37,434 nucleotides of DNA from Verrucomicrobiota bacterium (lineage in GTDB: Bacteria > Verrucomicrobiota > Kiritimatiellia > RFP12 > UBA1067). Below are positions 24,023 through 34,227 of the stretch, one piece after another; the stretch's first letter is position 1, and every line of letters begins with the position of its first letter. A model generated the notes under the pieces. It saw only the letters and a program-made list of their open reading frames with translations, was not told where the DNA came from and ran no database searches. A program made the position numbers and the translations under genes. The DNA lies in contig JAEEZC010000162.1 in the NCBI GenBank assembly GCA_016288465.1, positions 1 to 37,434 of the forward strand. Direction: 5' to 3'.

Positions 24023-26710
24023 CTACTCGCAGGCAATTTCGTACAGCATGCGCGCTCCGCTGGCTCCGGCGACGGACGCAGTGAACACGAGGCAGCCATC
24101 GCGCTCCCCGGACTCGACGGTTCCCATGCGCCGTCCTGTCGTGGCAAGCTCGTACACGACGCAGCGAGACGGATCGTCCATCTTCACCGCGACTTTCGCC
24201 TCCCCGTTTCTCATGAGAGGGCGAACGCCCCATCTCAGCGTCGTGGTCATGGCTTCGTCGGTGTACTTCGCTCCGTCGCCCTGCACGTCGGTGACGTGCG
24301 TAACCAGAAGACGCCGCGACTTGGGGATGGCCGCGCCGTCGAGAGAGCTGACCCACACCGTCGCAGGCGCGCCGGACACCTCCGCCTTGAGGAATCCGGC
24401 GTCTATCGGGCCCTCGGTCGCGAAACCGCCGCACGTGCGCGGAGTGTCGATTACGAACGTCCCCTTGGCATGATCCAGACGAAGAGACTTGGGGCCTCTT
24501 TCCGCAGCAGACTTCATCTCGGCTTCGAACTCGGCCGCCTCCTCGCGGCGAACGAGACGAAGACCGCCTGCGGACTCCGGCGAGAGGCAGGAGCCTATGC
24601 GAGCGCCCCACGCCACCTGGCGCCACGGCGGCGCGACATGATAGGTCATGTTTGTGGCGGCGGCGCTTTCCTCGGTGAACCAGAACGCGAATCCCTCGGT
24701 CAGCGGCTTCAGGTCGCCGCGAAGAAACAGACAGAGGCAGGCGCGTTCACCGGCCTGGGAGAGAGGATCCGTGGCGAGGTCGAAGTAGCCCGGTCCGCGC
24801 ACATCCGCATCGCCAAGGCCCTTGCGGCCATGCGAATATGCAAAGCGCCAGAGGCCGTCCCAGTCCTGCATAGCCGCCATTGCGCCGGTCAGGATGCCGC
24901 CTACGCCGCGGTAGCGTCCCGGACCCGAGAAGTTCCACTCCGTAATCGTGAACGGCTTGTCGAGCATGCGGACGAAGGCCTGCGTACTTGGCGCAAGACG
25001 CGAACCGTCGAGAATGGGGTTCTTGTTGGGGCAGACGCTCGGGACCGACCAGGGCTTTCCCGGAAAGGTCGGATGGTCGACGTAGAAGTGGTCGTCAATA
25101 TAGTCGTACTCCGCACTTGCCCGCTGGAGAGACGCAAAATGAGGCCCGCAGTTGTCGTTCGTGAGAAGAGCCTTCGAGCCGAGGGAACGGACGTACGCCT
25201 TCATTCTCGCGGCCAACTTGGCCTCAAGCTCGCCGGTCCACTGGGCGATGGCCGGATAAACGCCTCCCTCCCAGAAATTCGACGGAAGCCTGTCCGCGCT
25301 CAGGCCGGACGCGAATGACGGATCGCGCGCCCGCTTCGCCTCCAGCCACTTGCGCCACGAGGCGAGGATGCGTTCGTCGTCCCTGACTCCACGCGACCAG
25401 CCCATGAAGAAGCCGCCCTCGTTGATAAGCGATATCAGTGAAAGCGCGGGCTCGTCGACATAGCGCCGCCCTGTGTACTTGTTCTCGTGGAGCAGGAAAT
25501 TCCTCGCATACGCCGCCCAGTTGTCGAACGCGGGGTCGTATACGGCGCAAAGAGCCTTGTAAAGCTGGCAGTCCACGAGGCCCTTCCTGTCGACGCCTAT
25601 ATGACGCCATTTGACAACTCTGGTGCGCGAGACGAACAGATCGGTCGTGATGTATATTCCCTCGCGAATGGCCGCCGCGACTAGGTAGTCAAGACGATCC
25701 ATGTTGGCATCGCTGAGAGTGAGGCCGTCGTCGCTCCCTGCAACTGTGCCTGCGTCGTGATGGTGTATTCTCAAGGCGTTGTAGCCAAGGCGCTTCAGCC
25801 TTTTGACGAGAGCATCGGCAAGCGCGTGATCAGGGAAGTTCGCGTCACCGCAGAGGTTGACACCATAGAAACGCTGCTTTCTGCCGGGAAGGTTCTCGAA
25901 CTCGAAATGGCCGCCGACGTTTCTGATCCACCCATGCTTGCCAGCGGGAGCGTCAGTGAAGCCCATCTGCGAAAAGTCAAGGGCGCTTCCCTCGACTATG
26001 TCGCGGTGATAGTCGATCGGAATCCACTCTTCGCCCGCAGCGATCACATACGGCCTATGATAGTTCGCGGAAAGGCTCTCGCCTGCCGAGACGACAAGGG
26101 AAAACGACAGAACGTCACCTTTCGAGAACGAGCCCCTGTCAAGCTTTCCCATCCTGACAGTGAAAACCGGATTCCACCGACGGCTGTCTTGTATCAGGTA
26201 CTTGACCTCGTTTGTCGTAGCGAAGGCGACCGAAAGTCCGCTACCGGGAATCGGGAAGGCAAGAGAGCTGAGCCTGCCTTCGGCAATGCGGACTCCGCCG
26301 CCTTTAGGACGATCGAACACTCCCTGACGCGTCCCTGCGCGCCACTCGCGTCCTTCAGTCTTGTCGATCGGGAGGTGCATTGCACAGCCGACGCTTTCTG
26401 CCGCGAAAGACGCTGCCGCGGCGAATTTATAGTCGATGCGGACCTTTCCTTCGCCTATATCTGCAAGCGATACGGTGGCATCAAGTATCTTTTCGCCGCG
26501 GTCTTCTGCCCTGAACCTGGCAAGGTTGTCCTTGCCAAGTTCATAGCCGCCTACCAGCTTCGCGCCCTGCCATCCGGCCAGAGCGACAAAGGGCTTCAAT
26601 TCGCTTCCGCCGACACGCACAGAGCCGTCTGGCTTGAGAGTCACGTCCGCCGCCGCTGCGCACAAAGGCAGCACCAATACGGCCAAGTGGCAGAATTCAC
26701 GCTTTTTCAT
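24023..26710 (-). CDS. Secreted clan GH-A (GH5-like) glycoside hydrolase
   Basis: Signal peptide; RFYGVNL, LGYNALRIHHHD, DRLDYL..AIREGIY, HENKYTG, LINE (acid/base), DDHFYVDHP, PFTITEWN (nucleophile). Confidence 0.8.
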   Translation of the reverse strand: MKKREFCHLAVLVLPLCAAAADVTLKPDGSVRVGGSELKPFVALAGWQGAKLVGGYELGKDNLARFRAEDRGEKILDATVSLADIGEGKVRIDYKFAAAASFAAESVGCAMHLPIDKTEGREWRAGTRQGVFDRPKGGGVRIAEGRLSSLAFPIPGSGLSVAFATTNEVKYLIQDSRRWNPVFTVRMGKLDRGSFSKGDVLSFSLVVSAGESLSANYHRPYVIAAGEEWIPIDYHRDIVEGSALDFSQMGFTDAPAGKHGWIRNVGGHFEFENLPGRKQRFYGVNLCGDANFPDHALADALVKRLKRLGYNALRIHHHDAGTVAGSDDGLTLSDANMDRLDYLVAAAIREGIYITTDLFVSRTRVVKWRHIGVDRKGLVDCQLYKALCAVYDPAFDNWAAYARNFLLHENKYTGRRYVDEPALSLISLINEGGFFMGWSRGVRDDERILASWRKWLEAKRARDPSFASGLSADRLPSNFWEGGVYPAIAQWTGELEAKLAARMKAYVRSLGSKALLTNDNCGPHFASLQRASAEYDYIDDHFYVDHPTFPGKPWSVPSVCPNKNPILDGSRLAPSTQAFVRMLDKPFTITEWNFSGPGRYRGVGGILTGAMAAMQDWDGLWRFAYSHGRKGLGDADVRGPGYFDLATDPLSQAGERACLCLFLRGDLKPLTEGFAFWFTEESAAATNMTYHVAPPWRQVAWGARIGSCLSPESAGGLRLVRREEAAEFEAEMKSAAERGPKSLRLDHAKGTFVIDTPRTCGGFATEGPIDAGFLKAEVSGAPATVWVSSLDGAAIPKSRRLLVTHVTDVQGDGAKYTDEAMTTTLRWGVRPLMRNGEAKVAVKMDDPSRCVVYELATTGRRMGTVESGERDGCLVFTASVAGASGARMLYEIACE

Positions 26711-26713
26711 TCT

Positions 26714-29188
26714 TTAGCGAACTAGAATCATCATGCCGTTCCCGATCCTGCCGAGGAACTTGTCGGGAGTGAGGACGCCCTTGGAGACGCGCACTGCGTC
26801 GAACTTGCCGACGATGTTCGGATGGGTGTTGGAGCCTTCGCCAAGCATAAGGCGGTGGCCGGCAACGCGCTTCGGCAGACGGAAGCCCAGCGTGGCGCCA
26901 TTCATGCTCTGGCCGCCGTACTTGACGTTCTTGTAGTCGTAGAAGAGCTTGACCAGCGTGTTCGTGCCTTCGTTGGCGGGCTCGAACGTGATTGCGTAGT
27001 GATGCCACCTGCCGTCAACAACCAGTTTATTCGACGGAATGGCCCAACCAGGATATTGACCTCCGATCGACATCTGGATGGCGCCTGCATTGTCTTTCAG
27101 TCTGTAGACGTACCAGTCGTAATCGGAACTTTCCATCTGAGAGAGGCGTATGATCGGGACATGGTGGGCAAGGCTCGTCGAGCCTGCGTCAACAGGACCG
27201 TTGCCATCGACAATGCCGTCGAACTTCGCCCAGAACTCGACCGTGTAGGAGTCCTGCTCGAACAACGGGATGCCGGGGGCAACGACGCGGCTTGCGTTCA
27301 GGCTGACCGAATACGCGTTGGCGACGACCTTCGTGCCGTTCGTGCCGTCAAGAATCAGCTTGCCGCGAGACTCGTTCACGAACGTCGGCGCATTGCCGCT
27401 CGTGCGGGCTTCGCCGATGCCTCCAACGGTGAGCGCATCGTTTTCCGGGGAAACGAAATCGTAGTTCTGCTCGAAGAGAGCGATCATCGAGGTGTCGCCA
27501 GTGCCGACAGGATGCGTGGTAAGAAACTCGTCGGGCGTCAGCGCGCGCCGCGTTACGCGGATGTCGTCCATCCAACCGTCAAAACACTGCGTTCCACCAT
27601 CTCTCGCGCCGAAGAAGAGGGATTTTCCGGTTGAGACATCGACGAGAGAGCCGGTTCTTGACTTAGCTAGCACATAGTCAAAATAGAACTTCACGGTTCC
27701 TGCCGTGCCATCGACAACGACAGCGACATGGTGCCACTTGCCGTCGTCCGCGTTTGATGATGCAGTATCGTAATGCGTCACCCCGTCCGTATTGCTCACA
27801 TAGAGCATTTTCGAGCTGATCGCGTCGAAAAGCACATTGAAATACCCGTCCCCGCCGAACTTCATCAGAACCTGGCGGTTGTCCGTCGTGCCGCGCACCG
27901 TCTTCCGCGTCTTGTAGAACATTTCAGTGGTGTAGCTCGCCGCCGCCCCGTCATTTCCACGGATCAACTTCGAGATGTATGGCATCTGGACGTAGTTGGC
28001 CTTGCCGACATCATTCGTTTCCTGATAGAACGACGCGACGTCATCGATCCAGAAATCCGTTTCGGATTTGGCGGCCATGATGGCACCGGCTTTCGTCTCG
28101 GTGTCATAGACGGACGATCCCGCACCGGAAACCTTCCTGAACACCGCAATATCCTGGCAGTTCGGTCGAAGCGCGTCGCCGATATCCGCATAGTCTCTTT
28201 TCAGCAGCACCCTGTATTCGTCGGGCGTAAAAGAAACGCGCGCGATTTCGTCCGGATCCATGTCCAATGGCTGCATCCGCAGGAACTGGTCGGGAGTGAG
28301 CACTGCATCTGAGACACGCACCTCGTCGATCAACCCGGGATACTTGCGGCCACCATTGTTGGCGTCGCCATAGGCGTAGCCACCGATCCAGGTGGCGTTG
28401 TCGTTGGAATAGGCGAGAATGGTTCCTGTCTTGCTATGAACACGGTCGGAATCATCGGAGGACTTCTTGTCAAGGACGTAATCAACGTATATGCGTACTC
28501 TCTCGCCATCGTAAGTGAATGCCACGTGGTGCCAGGCGCCGTCGTTCACCTTGTACTTGCCGCCAGCGCCGTTCCCGCTGTACCAGACGTCAGTCGATTT
28601 ATCTGCCGTCAAGCGCACGGCAACTGTACCGTTGTTTTCCATGTAAATCGCGAAACGCTCGGATGTCCAGCTCGCTCCGTCGACGCTGCCGACGATGGGG
28701 GCGAAGGTATTGTAAACGCCGCCGGTGGTGCAGACGAAAGCCTCGACTGTGAGGGCACTCTTCTCATAGAGCGGCTGGTAGAGATCGTAGCCGCCATCGA
28801 ACTTGAGGCCGCCGCCAAAGCGTGCGCGTCCGTTATTTGAGTCCGGAGTGGATCCGCCGCGATCAACGCGGAATTTCATCGCGGCACTGTTGGTGCGCGT
28901 GATGCCGGAAACCGGATCGTAGACGGCGAGTCCGTGGAATGGCTTGGTGTATGTCGGCAGATAGTCGCCACCGTTCTCAACAGTGGTTGACATGGCATTA
29001 GCGGTGCCGATTGTATACACATGGGCGTACGTCGTCGGCGCCTGGTCGCTCGCAACGGTGTTCGCGGGGGCGGTCGTGCCGGGTTCGCACTCGTCGAAGT
29101 GCCACCAGGCTATGGTATTGGCATGGGCAGACGCCAACGCAGCGAAAGACAACGCCATCGCTGAACTGTAACCGATGAACTTGCTCAT
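26714..29188 (-). CDS. Secreted protein with three LamG/ConA-like domains
   Basis: Three modules, each with DG.WHH.A and ending IDEVRVSDAVLTPDQFL / MDDIRVTRRALTPDEFL / FDAVRVSKGVLTPDKFL. SD AAGGA; C-terminus GNGMMILVR. Confidence 0.88.
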   Translation of the reverse strand: MSKFIGYSSAMALSFAALASAHANTIAWWHFDECEPGTTAPANTVASDQAPTTYAHVYTIGTANAMSTTVENGGDYLPTYTKPFHGLAVYDPVSGITRTNSAAMKFRVDRGGSTPDSNNGRARFGGGLKFDGGYDLYQPLYEKSALTVEAFVCTTGGVYNTFAPIVGSVDGASWTSERFAIYMENNGTVAVRLTADKSTDVWYSGNGAGGKYKVNDGAWHHVAFTYDGERVRIYVDYVLDKKSSDDSDRVHSKTGTILAYSNDNATWIGGYAYGDANNGGRKYPGLIDEVRVSDAVLTPDQFLRMQPLDMDPDEIARVSFTPDEYRVLLKRDYADIGDALRPNCQDIAVFRKVSGAGSSVYDTETKAGAIMAAKSETDFWIDDVASFYQETNDVGKANYVQMPYISKLIRGNDGAAASYTTEMFYKTRKTVRGTTDNRQVLMKFGGDGYFNVLFDAISSKMLYVSNTDGVTHYDTASSNADDGKWHHVAVVVDGTAGTVKFYFDYVLAKSRTGSLVDVSTGKSLFFGARDGGTQCFDGWMDDIRVTRRALTPDEFLTTHPVGTGDTSMIALFEQNYDFVSPENDALTVGGIGEARTSGNAPTFVNESRGKLILDGTNGTKVVANAYSVSLNASRVVAPGIPLFEQDSYTVEFWAKFDGIVDGNGPVDAGSTSLAHHVPIIRLSQMESSDYDWYVYRLKDNAGAIQMSIGGQYPGWAIPSNKLVVDGRWHHYAITFEPANEGTNTLVKLFYDYKNVKYGGQSMNGATLGFRLPKRVAGHRLMLGEGSNTHPNIVGKFDAVRVSKGVLTPDKFLGRIGNGMMILVR

Positions 29189-29236
29189 ATGCGAATCCTT
29201 TCCTTGATGTACGGGAGGAACATCCTTTACACCCAT

Positions 29237-29245
29237 ATTATACCA
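29237..29245 (-). promoter_or_regulatory. Extended -10 TGGTATAAT of the LamG-GH5 operon
   Basis: Perfect TGnTATAAT with a poor -35, followed by an SD-bearing leader. Confidence 0.65.
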
Positions 29246-29307
29246 AACATGAAGACATTAAGCGAACGAATTGCGCAGAAATTATCGAGCTGATTGCGAA
29301 CTTCGCA

Positions 29308-30471
29308 TCACAGACTGTTCTGGCTGCTGCGCCACTCGCGCATAGAGAGCCCGGTGGCGTTCCGAAACGCTCGCCGCATGGACACGGGGCTGTCGTACCC
29401 GCATTCGCAGAATATGGAGTCAATGGGTATGCCGCGATTGAGCAGCAGGCCCTTCGCGCGCTCGATGCGCGTCGCCATGATGGCCTCGCCGATGGACTGG
29501 CCGGTCGCCTTGCGAAAGCGCGACTCCGCATGTCTTCTGCTTCCGCCGATGTCGCGGCACACCTCTGCCGCGGTGAGTCCGTTGCAGGAGTCGAGGCGGA
29601 TGCGGTCGATCGCGCGATGAATGGCGTCGTCGCGCCGCGGAAGGCTGATTGTCGACCCGCGCCTGACGACATGGGTTGCGCCGAACTTTACGACATGCGG
29701 AGCGCCGCGTCCCGACATGGCATCGTCGAGCATCTTCGCAGCCATGTACCCGGAGAGCTCGAAGTCGGGCATGACGCTTGTCAGGCGCGGAGTGGAGTGC
29801 TCGCACACCAGCTCGTCGTTGTCAATGCTGACGACAGATATTTCCTCCGGCACGTCAATGAGCTCCATCCTGCACGCCTGAAGGACGAGGTCGCCGGATA
29901 TGTCGTTCGCGGCCATTATGCCGCACGGCTTGGGCAGGCTTCTGAGCCACGGCCTTATTCTCTCGAAGAACTCAGTAGTGGAACGGTCCCTTTCGACGGC
30001 AAACGCGCAAAACGTCTTTCCCGCCTCGGCGACCGCCTTCGCGAACGCCTCCTGCCTCTGCAGCGACCAGTCGCGCGGACGAATGTTGCCGACGAATGCA
30101 TAGTTCTGGAATCCGAGGGAGAAGAGCTCCTTTGCGGCCAACATCGCCGTCGCCTCCGAGTCGTGTTCGACGCCGAAGTAGCGCCGCGGCATCTTCGCCT
30201 TGTTTGCGTCGCAGAAAACGACCGGCGTGCTGCCGAAGTCGCTGACACTGTTGCCGTAGCGTTCTGTGACTATTCCCTCGGCTATGCATCCGTCAGGACG
30301 CCAGAACGCAAGCTCGCGCCTTATCGGCATCGACGTGAGGCCAAATTCGGCTATCTGCACGTTCCATCCGACCTTCGCGGCGTATCGGTATATCCCGGCG
30401 AGCCTTGTGCGCCACAAACGCCATGGATACTGAAGGAAAAGGACGCTTCTGCGCTTTTTCTCGTTTCCCAT
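29308..30471 (-). CDS. XylR-type transcriptional regulator (AraC C-terminus)
   Basis: LPKPCGIMAAND, VPEEISVVSIDNDE, PRLTSV.PDFE.SGY.AA, RRGST, AraC HTH. Confidence 0.92.
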   Translation of the reverse strand: MGNEKKRRSVLFLQYPWRLWRTRLAGIYRYAAKVGWNVQIAEFGLTSMPIRRELAFWRPDGCIAEGIVTERYGNSVSDFGSTPVVFCDANKAKMPRRYFGVEHDSEATAMLAAKELFSLGFQNYAFVGNIRPRDWSLQRQEAFAKAVAEAGKTFCAFAVERDRSTTEFFERIRPWLRSLPKPCGIMAANDISGDLVLQACRMELIDVPEEISVVSIDNDELVCEHSTPRLTSVMPDFELSGYMAAKMLDDAMSGRGAPHVVKFGATHVVRRGSTISLPRRDDAIHRAIDRIRLDSCNGLTAAEVCRDIGGSRRHAESRFRKATGQSIGEAIMATRIERAKGLLLNRGIPIDSIFCECGYDSPVSMRRAFRNATGLSMREWRSSQNSL

Positions 30472-30533
30472 GGCGTTTCCCCCTTCACTGCGAGCGGCGC
30501 CGGAACATTGGAATCATCTTGGTCCGGCTGTAA

Positions 30534-31928
30534 TCACCTGAAGACCAGCGTCGACACGGACCACTGTCCTCCTGGCATCGGGAGCGTCTTGTAGAGCCCC
30601 TTGTACTTCACGACAAGTCTCCGGCGCTGTATCTTGCGAACGAGAGTGCCGTCGCAGGCCACCACCAGCACATACTGTCCGTCGGGATTCCTGAAGAGAA
30701 TCGTGTTCGTTCCGTCACGAGACCCCGAGACTTCCATCACCCGCGCGCCGCGTTTCACAAACGGGCCTATGTGGCGGAAGAGCCTGTACTGCGGAGAAAA
30801 CGTCACGTCATGCGATTCCGAGTCGACAACTGCGAATCCGCCGCAGAGGTGCGCGCCTGTAGCCGGCGTGCCGAGCTCGTCAAGGCAGAGGTTCCATGTC
30901 GTGAACATCCCGCATCCATTCTGCAGCATGCCGAAGACCCTGGCCGACCACCAGAACTCGGTTCGATCCTTGATCACGACATGCGGACCGTTCTCGGTGT
31001 GGAAGAATCCGAGCTGCGGGTACTTGGCCTTGAGGGGAGGAAGATTCGTCGCCTCGTTGGGATCACAGTAGCAGTGCCACGCAACGCCGTCTATGGCGTC
31101 GACAACGCCAGGCATCTCAAGAAGCTCTTTTGCGCGCGGAAGATCCCTGGCGTTCGGGTTGTGGTCGTGCACCCATATCCTGGAGCCCACACCCGCCTTG
31201 CGAAACGCCGGCGCGAGATGGTCGCGCACAAACGCGCCCTCCTGCGCCGCAGGATACACGCAGCACGGATACTGCCCATGCGTATCGCACATGGTCTCGT
31301 TCTGAGGGCACACGGCGTCTATGGCGACGCCGCGCTCCCCGTAGCCCTGCACGTACTTGACGAAGTAGTTCGCCAGGGCCGGCATGAATTCGTCCTTGAG
31401 GCTTCCGGATATCATCATCCCGGACGTCTTCATCCAGCCGGGCGGACTCCATGGCGCGGCGAAAACGAACACGTCCGGCCTCAGCTCCTTCACGCGCTTC
31501 GCCATCGGAACGAGGAACTCGTCGTCGCGGGCAAGCGAGAAGTTCTTCATCTCCACGTCGCCCGGCGTGTCGTTGTAGCTGTAGAGGCCTGTGGAGTAGT
31601 CGCTCGCTCCGATGTTGAGGCGTATCGCGCCGAGGTTGCATCCCTCCGGCGTGAACAGCTTCCTGAGCAGGCTCTCGCGCTTGTCGGCCGGCATGTTCGC
31701 GAGAACCCACGCCGACGCATCCGTAAGCGACGCGCCGAGGGCGAGGAACTCGTGCCCCGCCTTCGCCGCGTCGACGTCAAGGGCCTCGACAGCCGGATAT
31801 GGATGAATCGTAAAGCCGCTTGTTGCGATTTCGCGGAAGTCCTTCGCCTCCGTCGTCTGGAAGAGCCTCAGCTCCTCCCCGCCTTCCGCGGCCACGAAGG
31901 CCGCCGCCAAAAGTGCAAGTGCGATCAT
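30534..31928 (-). CDS. Glycoside hydrolase family 30
   Basis: GASLTDAS, RLNIGASDYS, APWSPPGWMK, PQNE (acid/base), VAWHCY, HTE (nucleophile), WNLCLD, FRNPDG. Signal peptide. Confidence 0.92.
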   Translation of the reverse strand: MIALALLAAAFVAAEGGEELRLFQTTEAKDFREIATSGFTIHPYPAVEALDVDAAKAGHEFLALGASLTDASAWVLANMPADKRESLLRKLFTPEGCNLGAIRLNIGASDYSTGLYSYNDTPGDVEMKNFSLARDDEFLVPMAKRVKELRPDVFVFAAPWSPPGWMKTSGMMISGSLKDEFMPALANYFVKYVQGYGERGVAIDAVCPQNETMCDTHGQYPCCVYPAAQEGAFVRDHLAPAFRKAGVGSRIWVHDHNPNARDLPRAKELLEMPGVVDAIDGVAWHCYCDPNEATNLPPLKAKYPQLGFFHTENGPHVVIKDRTEFWWSARVFGMLQNGCGMFTTWNLCLDELGTPATGAHLCGGFAVVDSESHDVTFSPQYRLFRHIGPFVKRGARVMEVSGSRDGTNTILFRNPDGQYVLVVACDGTLVRKIQRRRLVVKYKGLYKTLPMPGGQWSVSTLVFR

Positions 31929-31964
31929 TGCGGATTCATCCTCCTCAGCTGACGGTTCGAGCCA

Positions 31965-32759
31965 TTACTTCTTCACCCACGCATGCGCCGGGTCCATCGA
32001 GGAGATGAGACCGCGGCCCTGCGAACCGGCCATCGTCCAGAGATAGTACATCTGGTAGCCTGGCGCGCCGACTAGCGGATGGTATCCCTCGGCAATCGCG
32101 ACGGTGTCGTAGTTCTGCACGCGGTATGCCTCGTTCAGGGAGCCGTCCGGCTTGTACACGCTCTGGAATCCGAAGCCCTGCGGCGGATCGAAGAGGTAGA
32201 AGTACGTCTCCTCCATGTCCAGCTCGTTCGGCGGATTGTTCACGTCGTGGCGGTGGCTAGGGTAGCCGGACCAGTTGCCGCTCGGAATCATCCCCTCGCC
32301 GATGTAGAAGTGCTCCGAGTCGAACTTCTCGTCGAGGATTATCTCCGACGTGCGCGTCCAGTTGTCCTTGCCGAGCGCAATGTGCCGCGTGTCCTCCGGC
32401 CTGATCAGCGTGGGCTTAGCGGTGTCGCGCGTCGCGGGCGAGCCGTTGTACGCGAGCTCCACGTTCGAAAGCGCGGTTATCGCATACTTCGTGTGGCGCG
32501 GCAGATAGAGGCAGTGCGGCTTGCCGGTGAACGGAGACTTGCGCCCGTCGGCCACCTCGAAGGCCCAGCCGTCGCCTTTCGCGGCGAAGTTGCCGCCGAT
32601 CAGCACGAGCGCGACCTCGCTCTCGGCGGTGTCGCCCTCGTACGAGGTGCCCTTGGCGAGCTTGACGAGCCCGAACCTGGTGAGCTTCATCCCGTACTCG
32701 CCGACATCGAATATCTTGTTGTAGCCCTGCTCAGGCTTCAGCGCAATCTTAAGGTTCAT
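31965..32759 (-). CDS. iolB: 5-deoxy-glucuronate isomerase (IolB/KduI family)
   Basis: EVALVLIGG, GRKSPF, LYLP, GNWSGYPSHRHD, EETYFY...PQGFG, GYHP...PGYQMYYLW. Start ATG 32759 with AAGGAG SD. Confidence 0.88.
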   Translation of the reverse strand: MNLKIALKPEQGYNKIFDVGEYGMKLTRFGLVKLAKGTSYEGDTAESEVALVLIGGNFAAKGDGWAFEVADGRKSPFTGKPHCLYLPRHTKYAITALSNVELAYNGSPATRDTAKPTLIRPEDTRHIALGKDNWTRTSEIILDEKFDSEHFYIGEGMIPSGNWSGYPSHRHDVNNPPNELDMEETYFYLFDPPQGFGFQSVYKPDGSLNEAYRVQNYDTVAIAEGYHPLVGAPGYQMYYLWTMAGSQGRGLISSMDPAHAWVKK

Positions 32760-32800
32760 TTTCTTTCTCCTTGATTCCGTTCCCAATTCCCCGTTCCCCA

Positions 32801-34165
32801 TTACTTCACCAAATGCATTTCGATGTTCATGTTGCGGCAGAGCGCCGTGAGCTCGTCTACGCGGTCGCCGTACATGAGCGCATAGTGGTGCTCCCAGCCG
32901 TTCTCCATGACCTCGCGGCGGACAGCCTCGCAGCCGGCGTCGAACTTGATGTTGAGCGGAGTGCCCCTCACGAAGAGGTCGGTGTCGATTCCTGTGCCGG
33001 GGCAGACAAGCATGCGGAAGCCCGTTCCGTCGCGCTTCTCGCCAAGGCGCGCCAGGGTAACGCGGCCGGGCTTCAGCGGGAACTCGCCCGTGCAGCCCTT
33101 CACGCCGCCACCCTCGACCGTCGCCGAGCAGTGCAGCTCGGGCTGGTAGCCCTTCTTGCAGAGAGCGCACGGCGCCGCGCCGCAGTGCCACACTGTCCCG
33201 TGGTCGCCTTCGCAGATGATGAGGTCGCAGAAGAACGGCAGCTCGCCGGAGATGATCTCTCCGATGCGCATCATCACCGCGCCGTAGACGTCGCCCTCGC
33301 ATGCCGTGAGATAGCCGTGGTTCGTGAGGTGTCCGAGCGTCGAGCAGACCGCGATTCCGTAGAACTCGTTGAGTATCACCTCGGGCCAGCAGCGCATCGC
33401 GAACGTGTCGACGTAGAACTTCTCCTTCAGCTTCATGACGGCCGCGATGAGCCGTGCGGACTTCTCCTTCTGGTCGCCGCGCGGTCCGTCCGTGGGATGC
33501 GTCTTGAGGTCGCCGTCGATTATCGCCATGCCCTTCGCGATCTCGTCCTTGGAGAGGTTCTGGGCGACGGTGAAGAGCTCGTGCTCAGTGATTATCTTGA
33601 CCTCGGGGCCAAGCGTGCGGCGAAGCATCATCTCGTCCACGCAGCTCGTGAAGAAGCCGGGCACCCTTCCGCCGATGAGCCCGATGCGCATGCGGCCGAG
33701 CGCCTTCATGGCCTGGGCGACGCGAATCTGCCTCATGAGCCCCTCCTCCGCCTCCTTCGTCCCGGCCTGCGCGTGGACGTAGAAGTAAGGAATGCCCAGG
33801 CGCCACATGTGATGGGCGTTCATGTTCGCCGCGCAGAACGAGTTGTTCTGGAGGCGCCCTCCCTTCGGATCGGGCTCAGGCTGCGACCAGAGCAGAATCG
33901 GAACCTTGAGGCGCTGTGCGAACATCGGCGGCACGACGCCGAGCGAGAACGTCAGGAAATGCGCCACGATCAGGTCAGGGCGGTCCTTCTCCCACTGCTC
34001 GAGGACTTCGATTGCCTCGCCTTCGAGCGCGAGCATGTGGTCGGGCGCAATTACCTCGACGTCGGGGAGCGTCTTGAGGAACTTGATCGCGTCCGCACGC
34101 GCGGCCTCAAGGGTGTCGTTGGTCCAGTTTACCTTGCTGAGAGGCAGATATCCGATTTTGAACAT
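32801..34165 (-). CDS. L-fucose/L-arabinose isomerase-family protein
   Basis: LQNNSFCA, IGGRVPGF, MRCWPE, ACEGDVYG, WHCGAAP, LKPGRVTLARL, GWEHHYALMYGD. Confidence 0.85.
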   Translation of the reverse strand: MFKIGYLPLSKVNWTNDTLEAARADAIKFLKTLPDVEVIAPDHMLALEGEAIEVLEQWEKDRPDLIVAHFLTFSLGVVPPMFAQRLKVPILLWSQPEPDPKGGRLQNNSFCAANMNAHHMWRLGIPYFYVHAQAGTKEAEEGLMRQIRVAQAMKALGRMRIGLIGGRVPGFFTSCVDEMMLRRTLGPEVKIITEHELFTVAQNLSKDEIAKGMAIIDGDLKTHPTDGPRGDQKEKSARLIAAVMKLKEKFYVDTFAMRCWPEVILNEFYGIAVCSTLGHLTNHGYLTACEGDVYGAVMMRIGEIISGELPFFCDLIICEGDHGTVWHCGAAPCALCKKGYQPELHCSATVEGGGVKGCTGEFPLKPGRVTLARLGEKRDGTGFRMLVCPGTGIDTDLFVRGTPLNIKFDAGCEAVRREVMENGWEHHYALMYGDRVDELTALCRNMNIEMHLVK

Positions 34166-34227
34166 GTTGTTCCCTGCTTTCCTTTTTTGTTGGGTTTGAT
34201 GCCTTAAATGTCTCCGCCGGAAGCCCG

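Noticed and set aside
32778-32799. GGGAACG/GGGAATT heptamer repeat or G-quadruplex between the isomerase and iolB
   Set aside because: Only three units and three G3 runs; probably a trivial short intergenic repeat.
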